Source: Dehalococcoidia bacterium
GTDB taxonomy: Bacteria > Chloroflexota > Dehalococcoidia > DSTF01 > WHTK01
Length of the DNA: 64,000 bases
Reading direction: 5' to 3'
Assembly (NCBI GenBank): GCA_965247485.1
Contig: OZ252017.1
Coordinates: 771,192-835,191 of the forward strand
Shown here: positions 18,870 to 27,535 of the stretch, one piece after another
Position numbering within the stretch: position 1 is the stretch's first letter
Layout of the letters: every line of letters starts with the position of its first letter
Position numbers and translations under genes: made by a program
Notes under the pieces: model-generated
Databases searched by the model: none
What the model was told of the DNA's origin: nothing
The model's input: only the letters and a program-made list of their open reading frames with translations

Positions 18870-20213
18870 ATGACAATCGCTTATCGAGACGAGGAAATGC
18901 TGCGCATGGTCGACCCCGCGACCGGAACCGTCGACCGCCGCATGTTTGCCGAGCAGGATCTGTACGAACTCGAACTCGAGCGCATCTTTGCCCGGGCCTG
19001 GAACTTTATTGCCCATGACTCGCAAATCCCTAACCCCGGCGATTTCTTTATGACTTTCATCGGCGAGGATCGCGTGATCTGTGTGCGCGACAACGATGGC
19101 AACCCTCAGGTGCTGGTAAACACCTGCCGCCATCGCGGCAACGCGATCTGCCGCGCCGAGGAGGGTCACGCCACCTCGTTTATGTGCACCTACCACGGTT
19201 GGACCTACGACCTCAAGGGCGCCCTGGTCGGTGTGCCCGGCTTTAAAGAAGTCTACCACGAGGAGCTCGACCGCGAAAACTGGGGCTTGATCAAGGCCGC
19301 CCAGGTCGAGACCTACAAAGGTTTTGTCTTTGCCACCATGGACCCAGCGGCACCCACGCTTGGCGAATTCCTCGGCGGCGTCGGTCGTATGGGGCTCGAC
19401 TTGATCGCCGAGCGGGGCGATATCCAGGTCGTTCCCGGCATCCAGAAATACACGATCCCTTGCAACTGGAAGCTGGCCGTGGACAACGTCTACGACTACT
19501 ACCACCCCCAGCTCAGCCACGCCTCTTCGACAATGTCCGGCTACGGCTTCCGCCGTAACGCCACCGGCAACGTCGCCACCGGCGACAGTTCCGGGCTGAT
19601 GCGCGACCACATGGTCCTGCTGGGCGACTACGGCCACGGCATCGGTGGTCCCTTTAGCACACCGGAGACCGACACCGCGATCGCCGGCAACCCCGGTCAG
19701 GACGACTCCTGGCGCGAGCGGCCCGAGGCCCAGAAGGCCCTTGGACCGGCCGGGATCAAGTCGCGCGGCCACCCCAACATCTTCCCCAACCTCTGGGTTG
19801 GCAGCGGCCCTCAGGTCAGCCTGCGCCACCCCAAAGGCCCCGGCATTACAGAAATCTGGTGGTTCACCCTGATCGATCCGTCAAAAGAAGCCGAGCTCTA
19901 CAACACGCAGAAAAGCCGCGCCAATCACACCTTTGGCCCGGCCGGCATGCTGGAGCAGGACGACGGCGAGAACTGGGGTCAGAGCACCCGGGGTATGGTT
20001 GGCAATGTGGCCCAGAAGTTCCCGCTGCACTACGCGATGGGTAAGGGTCACGGCGAAATCATCGACGACGAGGGCAGCCCACCACGGATCGAGACCCATG
20101 TAAACGAGCACGCCCAGTTCTGGTTCTACCGCGGCTGGGCCGATTGGATGGCCGCACCAACCTGGGACGATCTCCGGGCTAACCGCACGCCGCCGCCGAA
20201 AGATTACGCTTAG
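18870..20213 (+). CDS. Rieske non-heme iron ring-hydroxylating oxygenase, large (alpha) subunit, paralog 1
   Basis: Rieske CRHRG..H-x17-CTYHGW. Mononuclear Fe motif NWKLAVDNVYDYYHPQLSH (D-x2-H-x4-H). GGAGG sits 9 nt upstream of the ATG at 18870. 447 aa. Confidence 0.9.
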   Translation: MTIAYRDEEMLRMVDPATGTVDRRMFAEQDLYELELERIFARAWNFIAHDSQIPNPGDFFMTFIGEDRVICVRDNDGNPQVLVNTCRHRGNAICRAEEGHATSFMCTYHGWTYDLKGALVGVPGFKEVYHEELDRENWGLIKAAQVETYKGFVFATMDPAAPTLGEFLGGVGRMGLDLIAERGDIQVVPGIQKYTIPCNWKLAVDNVYDYYHPQLSHASSTMSGYGFRRNATGNVATGDSSGLMRDHMVLLGDYGHGIGGPFSTPETDTAIAGNPGQDDSWRERPEAQKALGPAGIKSRGHPNIFPNLWVGSGPQVSLRHPKGPGITEIWWFTLIDPSKEAELYNTQKSRANHTFGPAGMLEQDDGENWGQSTRGMVGNVAQKFPLHYAMGKGHGEIIDDEGSPPRIETHVNEHAQFWFYRGWADWMAAPTWDDLRANRTPPPKDYA

Positions 20214-20237
20214 TAGGGTCGATACGAGAAAAGAAAA

Positions 20238-20272
20238 AGGCCGGGGTGCCGCGCTCAGCCCGGCTTTTTTCT
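20238..20272 (+). terminator. intrinsic terminator after Rieske-1 (GGCCGGGG...GCCCGGC plus TTTTTTCTTTTT)
   Basis: GC stem then a long T tract, 25 nt past the stop. Confidence 0.6.
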
Positions 20273-20403
20273 TTTTGATCCTTTTTTGATCCTTCGGCGC
20301 ATGGGGGGTTTTTGACCTTGGGGTCAAGTTCCCCCGCTCGGGAACACGCAGGGGCACGACTGGCTAAAGCCGAACAAGAAAAGCCCGCGGTGACCGGCGG
20401 CCG
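20271..20403. mobile_element. MITE-like repeat, copy X (intergenic)
   Basis: Begins with tandem TTTTTGATCC x2. Body TTCGGCGCATGGGGGGTTTTTGACCTTGGGGTCAAGTTCCCCCGCTCGGGAACACGCAGGGGCACGACTGGC... is about 90% identical to the reverse complement of 20683-20811. Confidence 0.5.
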
Positions 20404-20405
20404 GT

Positions 20406-21072
20406 CTACTCCAGCCTCAGATACCAGACAAACTGCACCTCGCCGGCGTCGGGCGGCTGATAGGCGAAGCGATTGACGAGGCCGAGTTCACAGCCCATGG
20501 CGGCGTAAAAGCGGCAGGCCGCGACATTGACGTTTTGGGTCTCGATTTTGAGCAGGCGACAGCCGCGTTCTTTGGCCCACTCGACGGCGGCGCTGAACAG
20601 AGCCTTGCCGACACCGCCCTGGCGCGCCTCCGACGAAACCCGGATATCCCACAACTCGGCTATATCTTTGCGACCCTCAAGAGGATCAAAAAGGGAAAAG
20701 CCGGCCGCGGGCTTCTCTTGTCCGGCTTTGGCGAGTCGTGCCCTTAGGTGTTCCCGGGCGGGGGAACTCGGCCCCGAGGTCAAAAACCGCCCATGCGCCG
20801 AAGGATCAAAAAAAGTCATCGTAGGCCGCCAGCACCCCCCACCTCGAGGTGTCCCAGCGGTTTCCCCAGTCCGTGGGGCTATCGCCTACTTTGGTGTCGT
20901 AATCTTTGGTGTATGAAGGCGTCACCGGTTCCAAAACCAGGCTGAAACCACCGGCCTCGGCGTCAAACGGGCCCAGCCGGAACCGCGACTCTACCTGAAA
21001 GGCGATCGAAACGCTTTTGTAGGCCGCAAACGTCGCGGCATGCGGCGGTTCTTCAACAATCGTCAGGCTCAT
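20406..21072 (-). pseudogene. GNAT family N-acetyltransferase, paralog 2, disrupted by a ~120-bp repeat insertion
   Basis: N-part (20806-21072) and C-part (20406-20819) match GNAT-1 and are in different frames. About 19 codons (SLRVGGAVVAFDTDDVWF) are replaced by repeat-derived sequence. Confidence 0.75.
20683..20811. mobile_element. MITE-like repeat, copy Y, inserted in GNAT-2 and flanked by 10-bp direct repeats GGATCAAAAA
   Basis: Direct repeats at 20683-20692 and 20802-20811. Interior is about 90% identical in inverse orientation to 20292-20403. Contains internal GC hairpins. Confidence 0.55.
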
Positions 21073-21161
21073 GAACGCATTTTAGCTACGTGGGTACGAG
21101 TCGCGTAGACCACGTGTTGAAGGCCGCGTTTACGGAAGGCTTTTCGGGTGGAGTGGTTTCA

Positions 21162-21256
21162 TCTCGCCGAGCGAGCGGCAGCGAGCGAGGTGCGGGCCGG
21201 CCCCGCAGGTTGCTGGGAGGGTTAAATATCCGGGGTGGGGCGACGGTCCTGTACTC
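21162..21256. repeat. composite repeat locus C: box1 TCTCGCCGAGCGAGCGGCAGCGAGCGAGGTG, GC palindrome GCGGGCCGGCCCCGC, box2 GGGTTAAATATCCGGGGTGGGGCGACGG
   Basis: Matches loci A and B. Lies in the divergent GNAT-2 / Rieske-2 intergenic region. Confidence 0.55.
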
Positions 21257-21374
21257 AACTGGCCCAACAAGTCGCAACCGATCCCTTCCTTGTTTCGCCT
21301 CTTCGCGAGGCAACAGCGCGGTTCCGCGGCTCGCTCGAGGTGCCAACCTAGTGCCGCTCTCGCAACGCGGTACG

Positions 21375-21450
21375 GGGTACTACCCATTGCCGATCCCACC
21401 CCGCGGCGCTACTATTAAAGCGCTTTTTACTGCGTTTAATTGCTCCCGAC
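21375..21450. promoter_or_regulatory. conserved upstream element E2 preceding Rieske-2, containing AT-rich inverted repeat ATTAAA-N17-TTTAAT
   Basis: Shares GGTACTACCCATTGCCGATCCCACC with E1. TTTAAT sits about 58 nt upstream of the ATG and is a possible -10. Confidence 0.35.
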
Positions 21451-21496
21451 CGGCTCCGCTAGGCGGCGTCAAGTCCAAAAATCGGAGGTTTCTCTC

Positions 21497-22840
21497 ATGA
21501 CAATCGCCTACCGAGACGAAGAGATGCTGCACATGGTCGATCCGGAAACCGGCACCGTGGACCGGCGCATTTTCGCCGAGAAGGATATCTACGAGCTGGA
21601 GCTGGAGCGCATCTTCGCCCGCGCCTGGAACTTTATGGGCCACGACTCCCAGATCCCCAACCCGGGTGACTTTTTCATGTCCTTCATCGGCGAGGACCGC
21701 GTCATCCTGGTCCGTGACAACGACATGCAGCCGCAAGTCCTGGTCAACACCTGCCGGCACCGCGGCAACGCCATTTGCCGGGCCGAGGAAGGTCACGCCA
21801 CCTCTTTCATGTGCACCTACCACGGCTGGACCTATGACCTGAAAGGCGCGCTGGTCGGTGTGCCCGGCTTCAAGGAGGTCTACCACGAGGAGCTCGACCG
21901 GGAAAACTGGGGCTTAATCAAGGCCGCCCACGTCGATAGCTACAAGGGCTTTATCTTCGCCACCATGGACCCGGAAGCGATCGGTCTCAACGAGTTTCTC
22001 AACCCGGTCGGCCGCATGGGCCTCGACATGATGGCCCACAAGGGCAACCTGACGGTGATCGGCGGTATCCAGAAGTACACGATCCCCTGCAACTGGAAGC
22101 TGGCCGCCGACAACGTCTACGACTGGTATCACCCGCAGCTCACCCACGCCTCGTCCTCGATGTCCGGCTACGGCTTCCGCCGCCCCGGCCTCAGCAACAT
22201 CGCCTCCGGCCAGGGCAACTCGCTTCTGCGCGAGCACATGGTGGTGCTCGGCGATTACGGCCACGGCATCAGCGGCCCGCGTCAGGTCGAGGGCCAGGAG
22301 AGCCCGCTGGCGGGCAGCCCGGGGCAGGACGACTCCTGGCGGGAAACCCCCGAGGCCAAGGCGGCCCTGGGACCGGACGCCATGCGCTCCCGCGGCCACT
22401 CTCACATCTTTCCCAATTGCTGGGTTACGGCCGGCGACCAGATCAGCGTCCGCATGCCCAAGGGGCCGAATAAGACCGAGATCTGGTGGTTCACGCTGCT
22501 GGACCCTGACAAGGATCCGGAGATCTATAACTCCAAGTTCTACCGCGCCAACCACACCTTTGGCCCGTCCGGGATGCTGGAGCAGGAAGACGGCGAGAAC
22601 TGGGGTGAGAGCACGCGAGGAACCCACGGTCTGGCCACCAAGAAGTTCCCCCTGCACTACGCCATGGGCCTCGGCCACGGCGAGGTGCTCGACGACGAGG
22701 GCAGCCCGCCCCGCATCGAAACCACGGTCAATGAGCACGCTCAGTTCTGGCTCTATCGCGGCTGGGCCGACTGGATGTCATCGCCAACCTGGGCCGACCT
22801 GCGCGCCAACCACACGCCACCACCACTCGACAAGGCCTAA
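21497..22840 (+). CDS. Rieske non-heme iron ring-hydroxylating oxygenase alpha subunit, paralog 2
   Basis: About 90% identical by eye to paralog 1 over the N-terminal 150 aa. Same Rieske and Fe motifs. CGGAGG RBS. Confidence 0.9.
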   Translation: MTIAYRDEEMLHMVDPETGTVDRRIFAEKDIYELELERIFARAWNFMGHDSQIPNPGDFFMSFIGEDRVILVRDNDMQPQVLVNTCRHRGNAICRAEEGHATSFMCTYHGWTYDLKGALVGVPGFKEVYHEELDRENWGLIKAAHVDSYKGFIFATMDPEAIGLNEFLNPVGRMGLDMMAHKGNLTVIGGIQKYTIPCNWKLAADNVYDWYHPQLTHASSSMSGYGFRRPGLSNIASGQGNSLLREHMVVLGDYGHGISGPRQVEGQESPLAGSPGQDDSWRETPEAKAALGPDAMRSRGHSHIFPNCWVTAGDQISVRMPKGPNKTEIWWFTLLDPDKDPEIYNSKFYRANHTFGPSGMLEQEDGENWGESTRGTHGLATKKFPLHYAMGLGHGEVLDDEGSPPRIETTVNEHAQFWLYRGWADWMSSPTWADLRANHTPPPLDKA

Positions 22841-22942
22841 GCTTTTTTGATCGTGGGCGCATACAGGTTTTCGACCTCTTGCCCGGGTTCCACCTCACGG
22901 CAGCTGGTTGAAACAGCTGTGACATGAAGAACCAAAGGAAAC

Positions 22943-22975
22943 GGCCGGGCTAAGCCGGGCTTTTTCTTTTTCGAT
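22943..22975 (+). terminator. degenerate terminator-like GC element plus T tract after Rieske-2 (homolog of 20238-20272)
   Basis: ACGGCCGGGCTAAGCCGGGCTTTTTCTTTTT. Stem symmetry is imperfect. A degenerate MITE-like segment at 22842-22900 precedes it. Confidence 0.35.
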
Positions 22976-23001
22976 CCTTTTTTAATCCAGAGGCGGATGG
23001 G

Positions 23002-23318
23002 CCCCATGCCCGACCCACCGACGCTAATTACCCCCGCTTGCTCAGCAAGCGTACTGAGCCAAGCTACGCCCCATGCCCGACCCACCGACGCTAATTACGC
23101 CCGCTTGCTCAGCAAGCGCACTGAGCCAAGTTACGTCCCATACCCGACCCGCCGACGCTATCTACCCCCGCTTGCGCAGCAAGCGTACTGAGCCCCCATG
23201 CCCGACCCGCCGACGCTATTTACCCCCGCTTGCGCAGCAAGCGTACTGAGCCAAGTTACGCCCCATGCCCGACCCGCCGACGCCAATTACCCCCGCTTGC
23301 GCAGCAAGCGTACTGAGC
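23002..23318. repeat. tandem array of 5 copies of a ~67-bp unit, each with internal palindrome GCTTGC(T/G)CAGCAAGC
   Basis: Units start at about 23002, 23069, 23136, 23194 and 23261 (CCCCATGCCCGACCC(A/G)CCGACGCTAATTACCCCCGCTTGCTCAGCAAGCGTACTGAGCCAAG.TACG). There are no unique spacers. The overlapping ORF 22997-23191 is judged spurious. Confidence 0.8.
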
Positions 23319-23334
23319 GCTAGCGGAAGTCAGC

Positions 23335-24057
23335 GTGTCAGTTGACACCGGCATCCGGCCACGACAAGATTTCAGCAGCTTGATTGAAGACTCGCACTCA
23401 TCGACAAAGACCGCCGCGCTGGTAGTCGCGCGGCTGCGAAGCGCCCGCGGCACCAGCTTCGCTGCCCTAACACTGGCCGCCTGCGCCACCCTGCTTCTGG
23501 CGGCTTGCTCCGCTTCCGACGAATCCGCGACCGATGCCGCGCCAACCAGCACCTTGGGCCTCGCTCCAACTCAAGCGGCTACCGCGGCCGCCATCGCCAG
23601 CCCAGCTCCGCCAACCCCGCGCTCAGCCGCCGACACCTCTCGTGACCTGACCGGCTTCCCTTTTTCAACCAGCGACCTGCGCCAGGCTCTCGAAATCGCC
23701 GGTTACTCGTTTTCCGGTGTGGAGGAAAGAGCGCCTATTTGCCCCCAAACCTCGGTTCCGGAGTTGCCCTTCTGGTCCCCCAACCTCGCCGGCAACGACT
23801 CTGGGCCGATCCTCGTGCTCTGGGTTTACCCGAGCTTCGAGGCCCTGGAGGCCGACTGGGAAGCCGAGCCCGGAGCGCCACCCAAGCCGCTTTTGGACGG
23901 CTGCGAATTGCCCACCGGTTTCGTTTATTGGAACCAGAACCTGGTTTTGGTCTTCGAGACCTGGTCCAGCCTCGGCGTGGAATCGCCGGTTGACATCGAT
24001 GGCCGCATCCCCAGCGAGCATCCGGCGGTTACCGCCTTCCTCTCGATGACTCCTTGA
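23335..24057 (+). CDS. putative lipoprotein (signal peptide with lipobox LLLAAC), Thr/Pro/Ala-rich linker
   Basis: ARLRSARGTSFAALTLAACATLLLAACSAS. True start uncertain. Confidence 0.45.
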   Translation: MSVDTGIRPRQDFSSLIEDSHSSTKTAALVVARLRSARGTSFAALTLAACATLLLAACSASDESATDAAPTSTLGLAPTQAATAAAIASPAPPTPRSAADTSRDLTGFPFSTSDLRQALEIAGYSFSGVEERAPICPQTSVPELPFWSPNLAGNDSGPILVLWVYPSFEALEADWEAEPGAPPKPLLDGCELPTGFVYWNQNLVLVFETWSSLGVESPVDIDGRIPSEHPAVTAFLSMTP

Positions 24058-24156
24058 GCCAAGCGTCCAGCCTCCAGCCCCCCGGCGAGCTTCAAACGCG
24101 TATCCTTAGAGTCCGCGAAGGAGTTTCCCCTCCGTAGCCTTCGAAGGAGTTTCAGC

Positions 24157-24642
24157 ATGAAAATAGAGCAACGTCTAGAAGAGCTCGGCCTGGTCTTGCC
24201 CGAGCCCCTGGTGGCGCCTCAGGGCTTTCGTTTGCCCTTCGCCAACGTGAGGGTCTCGGCCAACCATGCTTACGTGGCTGGGCACGGGCCTCAGAACCCG
24301 GACGGAAGCGTCGCCGAACCGCTTGGCAAGGTCGGAACCGACCTCACGGTCGAACAGGGCTACCACGCCGCCCAGTTGACCGCCCTCGCGATCCTCGGCG
24401 ATCTACAGCGCGAACTTGGCGACCTCGACCGCGTAACCGCCTGGCTGTGCGTCTTTGGCATGGTCAACGTGGCCCCTGGTTTTAACAATACTCCCGGCGT
24501 GATCAACGGCTTTAGCGACCTGATCATCAAGGTCTACGGCGAGGAGGCCGGCCTCCACACCCGCTCCGCAGTCGGCTTGGCCGAGCTCCCCTTCAACATC
24601 CCGGTCGAAATCGAGGCCGAAGTCGAAATCGACGGCGCCTAG
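24157..24642 (+). CDS. RidA/YjgF family protein
   Basis: C-terminal RSAVGLAELPFNIPVEIEAEVEI typical of the Rid family. 161 aa. Confidence 0.75.
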   Translation: MKIEQRLEELGLVLPEPLVAPQGFRLPFANVRVSANHAYVAGHGPQNPDGSVAEPLGKVGTDLTVEQGYHAAQLTALAILGDLQRELGDLDRVTAWLCVFGMVNVAPGFNNTPGVINGFSDLIIKVYGEEAGLHTRSAVGLAELPFNIPVEIEAEVEIDGA

Positions 24643-24862
24643 CTCTGGCTCCGGCTTGAGGGTCGCCCCGCCGCTGAACCCACCCATAGGCTCGATCCAA
24701 AGCTTCATCCTGAGAGCGATTGGTAATCAAACACTTCGCGTTATGTCACCAAGAGGCGTCTTCTTCCGCCTCGATCGAAATCAGCGAGATTTCAACAGTT
24801 CACTCCGTCCGCTCGTCGGAGATGGAGCAAAGCTCCTACTTCCTCGCTTCTTTCTTTTGGTG

Positions 24863-25345
24863 TTACCCCGGCCGAGATCCAGCCCCAGCCGCGCGCTCAA
24901 TCTGCGCGGCGTGGTCATGACAATGCACCGCGTAGACTTCTAGCCAAGACTCCAGGCTGTATTCGCCGCTTTCGCTGTGGTATCCGGCCCGTTGCCAGTC
25001 CGAATCCTGCAGGTGGCCAATTATCTGGGCCGTGGTGTCGCGGGCCGCCTTTAATGCCGCCACCGCTGGGGCAATTGGCCGCTGCTCGTAGAAGAGCCGC
25101 CGTGCAAACTCCGCTTCGTCGTAGCCATGAATTCGCGGGCTTTCCTCACACAGGAGCAACCTGAAACGGATCGCCGACGTCATCTCGCTGTCCGCCAGAT
25201 GATGCACAATCTGGCGCGCCGACCAGCCACCTCCCGGGTCCTGCCTGTCCAGCTGCTTGTCACTCAATCCCTCCAAGGCATGCGCGACAACGCCGTATCC
25301 ATCGCCATAGCGCTCGATCAGCTCCGCGCGTTTCTCTTGGTCCAT
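24863..25345 (-). CDS. DinB/YfiT-like (DinB_2) putative metal-dependent thiol transferase family protein
   Basis: His-containing helices (IVHHLADSE ... HCHDHAAQI) typical of the DinB_2 fold. 160 aa. Confidence 0.6.
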   Translation of the reverse strand: MDQEKRAELIERYGDGYGVVAHALEGLSDKQLDRQDPGGGWSARQIVHHLADSEMTSAIRFRLLLCEESPRIHGYDEAEFARRLFYEQRPIAPAVAALKAARDTTAQIIGHLQDSDWQRAGYHSESGEYSLESWLEVYAVHCHDHAAQIERAAGAGSRPG

Positions 25346-25493
25346 CCTGACAACCTTTCTCCGAGGTTCAATCGAATTAAGGCGCTATTCTACTACGCTG
25401 GCGAACCGCCACGCCCAAGCGGTTCATTGGCCCTTGACCGCCGCCCTAGCCGTGAACCCAGCACCGGAGTATTCTTTGCACGAAAGTAGGAAT

Positions 25494-26087
25494 ATGAGAA
25501 TGCAATCTGACACCGGTGACTCCCCCGCTTACCCGCTCCGCTACGATGTCGAGTACCCCACCGAACTCTCCCGCTGGCTGATCTTTGTCAAATGGTTTTT
25601 GGCCTTCCCTCACTACCTGATCGTCTATGCCCTCGGTATCGTCGCTTCGATAATCGGTGTCATCGCCTTCTTCGCGATCCTGTTCACCAAGCGCTACCCG
25701 CGCGGCCTGTTCAACTTCGATGTTGGCGTCAACCGCTGGAACGCCAACCTCGGAGCCTATGCCGGGCTGCTGAGGGACGAGTACCCGCCTTTTTCCTGGG
25801 ACGAGGGAGAATACCCGGTCACCTTCGAAGTGGACTATCCCGAGACTCTCAATCGCTGGCTGCCGTTGGTGAAATGGCTCCTCGTTTTCCCGCACTATCT
25901 GATCCTGGTTGCCCTCCTGGTTGCTTCATGGGCGGTTGGTTTCGTCGCGTTCTTCGCCATCCTTTTCACCGGACGTTACCCGCGCGGCCTGTTTGACTTC
26001 GTGGTGGGGGTTAATCGCTGGAATCAGCGAGTCATCGCCTACGCCGGTCTGCTGCGGGACGAATATCCGCCCTTCAGTCTGAAGTAG
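25494..26087 (+). CDS. DUF4389-like membrane protein with an internal tandem duplication
   Basis: Block YP..L.RWL.(F/L)VKW(F/L)L.FPHYLI ... FFAILFT.RYPRGLF.F.VGVNRWN...AYAGLLRDEYPPFS occurs twice. Start is 25494 or 25500. Confidence 0.6.
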   Translation: MRMQSDTGDSPAYPLRYDVEYPTELSRWLIFVKWFLAFPHYLIVYALGIVASIIGVIAFFAILFTKRYPRGLFNFDVGVNRWNANLGAYAGLLRDEYPPFSWDEGEYPVTFEVDYPETLNRWLPLVKWLLVFPHYLILVALLVASWAVGFVAFFAILFTGRYPRGLFDFVVGVNRWNQRVIAYAGLLRDEYPPFSLK

Positions 26088-26129
26088 GCCGGAGTTTAAA
26101 GCGCGCTTTGTCCCTAGCGATGCGCCGCC

Positions 26130-27329
26130 TTAGGGATCCACGCGGCCGATAGCGAACTTGAGGTACTCTCCCTCCGGGAAGGCCTCCAGGACCGGATGGT
26201 CGAACGCCGCGCCGTATACCGCGTCCAATTTCCAGTGGCGGCCGGCCTGACCTACGCTGGCTTCGATCGTGGCCAAGAAATCGTCCCGGCCGACGTGGCT
26301 AGAACACGAGGAAGCGCATAGCAAACCGCCCGGCTTGGTGACCTTGGCCGCCATCTCATGCAAGCGTCGATAAGACTTCAGTGCCGCCGGCACAGCGTCC
26401 TTCTTGGCGGCGAAACTTGGCGGATCAGAGACGACAATGTCCCACTGATCGCCACTTTGGATCGCCCGGCGCAGAAATGCGAAGACATCCTCGACCTGGA
26501 AGCCAGCCCTGTCCAGCGCCAGTTGGTTGCGCTCAAAGTTCTGTCGCGCCGCCTCGATCGCCGGCTTGGCCTGGTCCACTGTGTCCGTACGTGTCGCGCC
26601 GGCTACCGCCGCGTGCACCGCGAATCCGCCCGTATAGCCGAACAGGTTCAAAACCGACTTGCCTAGCGCCCGCTCCGCCACCCTTTCGCGGTTCTCGCGC
26701 TGGTCCAGAAACAGGCCGCCCTTTTGTCCCACCGCCGGACTCACGCCGAACCGAATCCCGTTCTCCAGCACTTCGATTTCATCCTCGCCCGCATTTGCTC
26801 CCCGCGCTGCCCGATCTAGCACAGCGCGGAATGCCAACCTTTCGCTGGCGGCCTGGCGCAATCGATCCTCCAGTGGAGCATAAAAGGCCCCCGCACCATC
26901 GCCATCAAAGCGCACTACCAAGATGTCTGCGTAACAATCGATTTGCAGGCCGGGCAGCAGGTCAGCCTCGCCGTGTACCCAACGAAACGCGTTGGTCTGC
27001 TCAAGATTAAGCCGCGATAGCCGGCGGTCCAAAGCCGTCCGCAGCCTCTTGGCCACCAGCGCATCAGCATCGGCGAAACGATGGCCCGGACCGCCCGATT
27101 CCAGCACGCGGACCGCGATCGGCGAGCGCGCGTCCCAGAACCCCCGGGCCAGCGGCCTGCCGTCGCGCGTGCGAACTTCCACCAGTTCGCCGTCTTCGAT
27201 TTCATCCTCAGCCCTGAGAGCATCGCGATAGAGCCAGGGATGGCCGCGTCTGATCGATCTAGCCAGATCCTTCCTCAGGACGATAGGAACCGGTCGCAGT
27301 GCCTCGATCACGGCGGGTGTCCTTTCCAA
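26130..27329 (-). CDS. rlmI: 23S rRNA (cytosine-C5) methyltransferase RlmI-like (PUA plus class I SAM MTase)
   Basis: LNLFGYTGGFAVHAA SAM motif. VVSDPPSFAAKK (DPPxF). N-terminal PUA-like region. 399 aa. Confidence 0.75.
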   Translation of the reverse strand: MERTPAVIEALRPVPIVLRKDLARSIRRGHPWLYRDALRAEDEIEDGELVEVRTRDGRPLARGFWDARSPIAVRVLESGGPGHRFADADALVAKRLRTALDRRLSRLNLEQTNAFRWVHGEADLLPGLQIDCYADILVVRFDGDGAGAFYAPLEDRLRQAASERLAFRAVLDRAARGANAGEDEIEVLENGIRFGVSPAVGQKGGLFLDQRENRERVAERALGKSVLNLFGYTGGFAVHAAVAGATRTDTVDQAKPAIEAARQNFERNQLALDRAGFQVEDVFAFLRRAIQSGDQWDIVVSDPPSFAAKKDAVPAALKSYRRLHEMAAKVTKPGGLLCASSCSSHVGRDDFLATIEASVGQAGRHWKLDAVYGAAFDHPVLEAFPEGEYLKFAIGRVDP

Positions 27330-27535
27330 CCGCCGGGCCGCACGATAAATTCCGGCCCGGACATAACAAGCCTAACCCAATCTGCCGGCCGGCTTCCCAA
27401 TTAGCCTCGGGATCTGAGAGCCGAGCGCGGCCTGTGGCCAATTGTTGACAAGGCAGCTATTATTTGAGCCAACATCCGCTGATCAGCGTCGAATAGACAA
27501 TTCTCGTTCAATTGCAGGTCCAAAGGAGCTCACCC

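Noticed and set aside
18783-19829. 348-aa ORF antisense to Rieske-1. Similar long antisense ORFs exist at 21914-22738, 27530-28174, 31865-32533, 35348-36142, 4787-5794, 812-1630 and 45149-46101.
   Set aside because: These are typical GC-rich antisense open frames. They have low-complexity Ala/Gly/Arg/Val-rich composition. They lie fully inside well-supported genes on the other strand. They have no RBS and no recognisable motifs.
22997-23191. 64-aa ORF across the tandem array
   Set aside because: The frame is a translation of the repeated DNA unit. It has no RBS and carries the repeat periodicity.
23002-23318. Possible CRISPR array (regular ~67-bp periodicity with palindromic cores)
   Set aside because: Entire units repeat with no unique spacer sequences between them. 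Unit length is outside the repeat-plus-spacer logic. No cas genes are present in the window.
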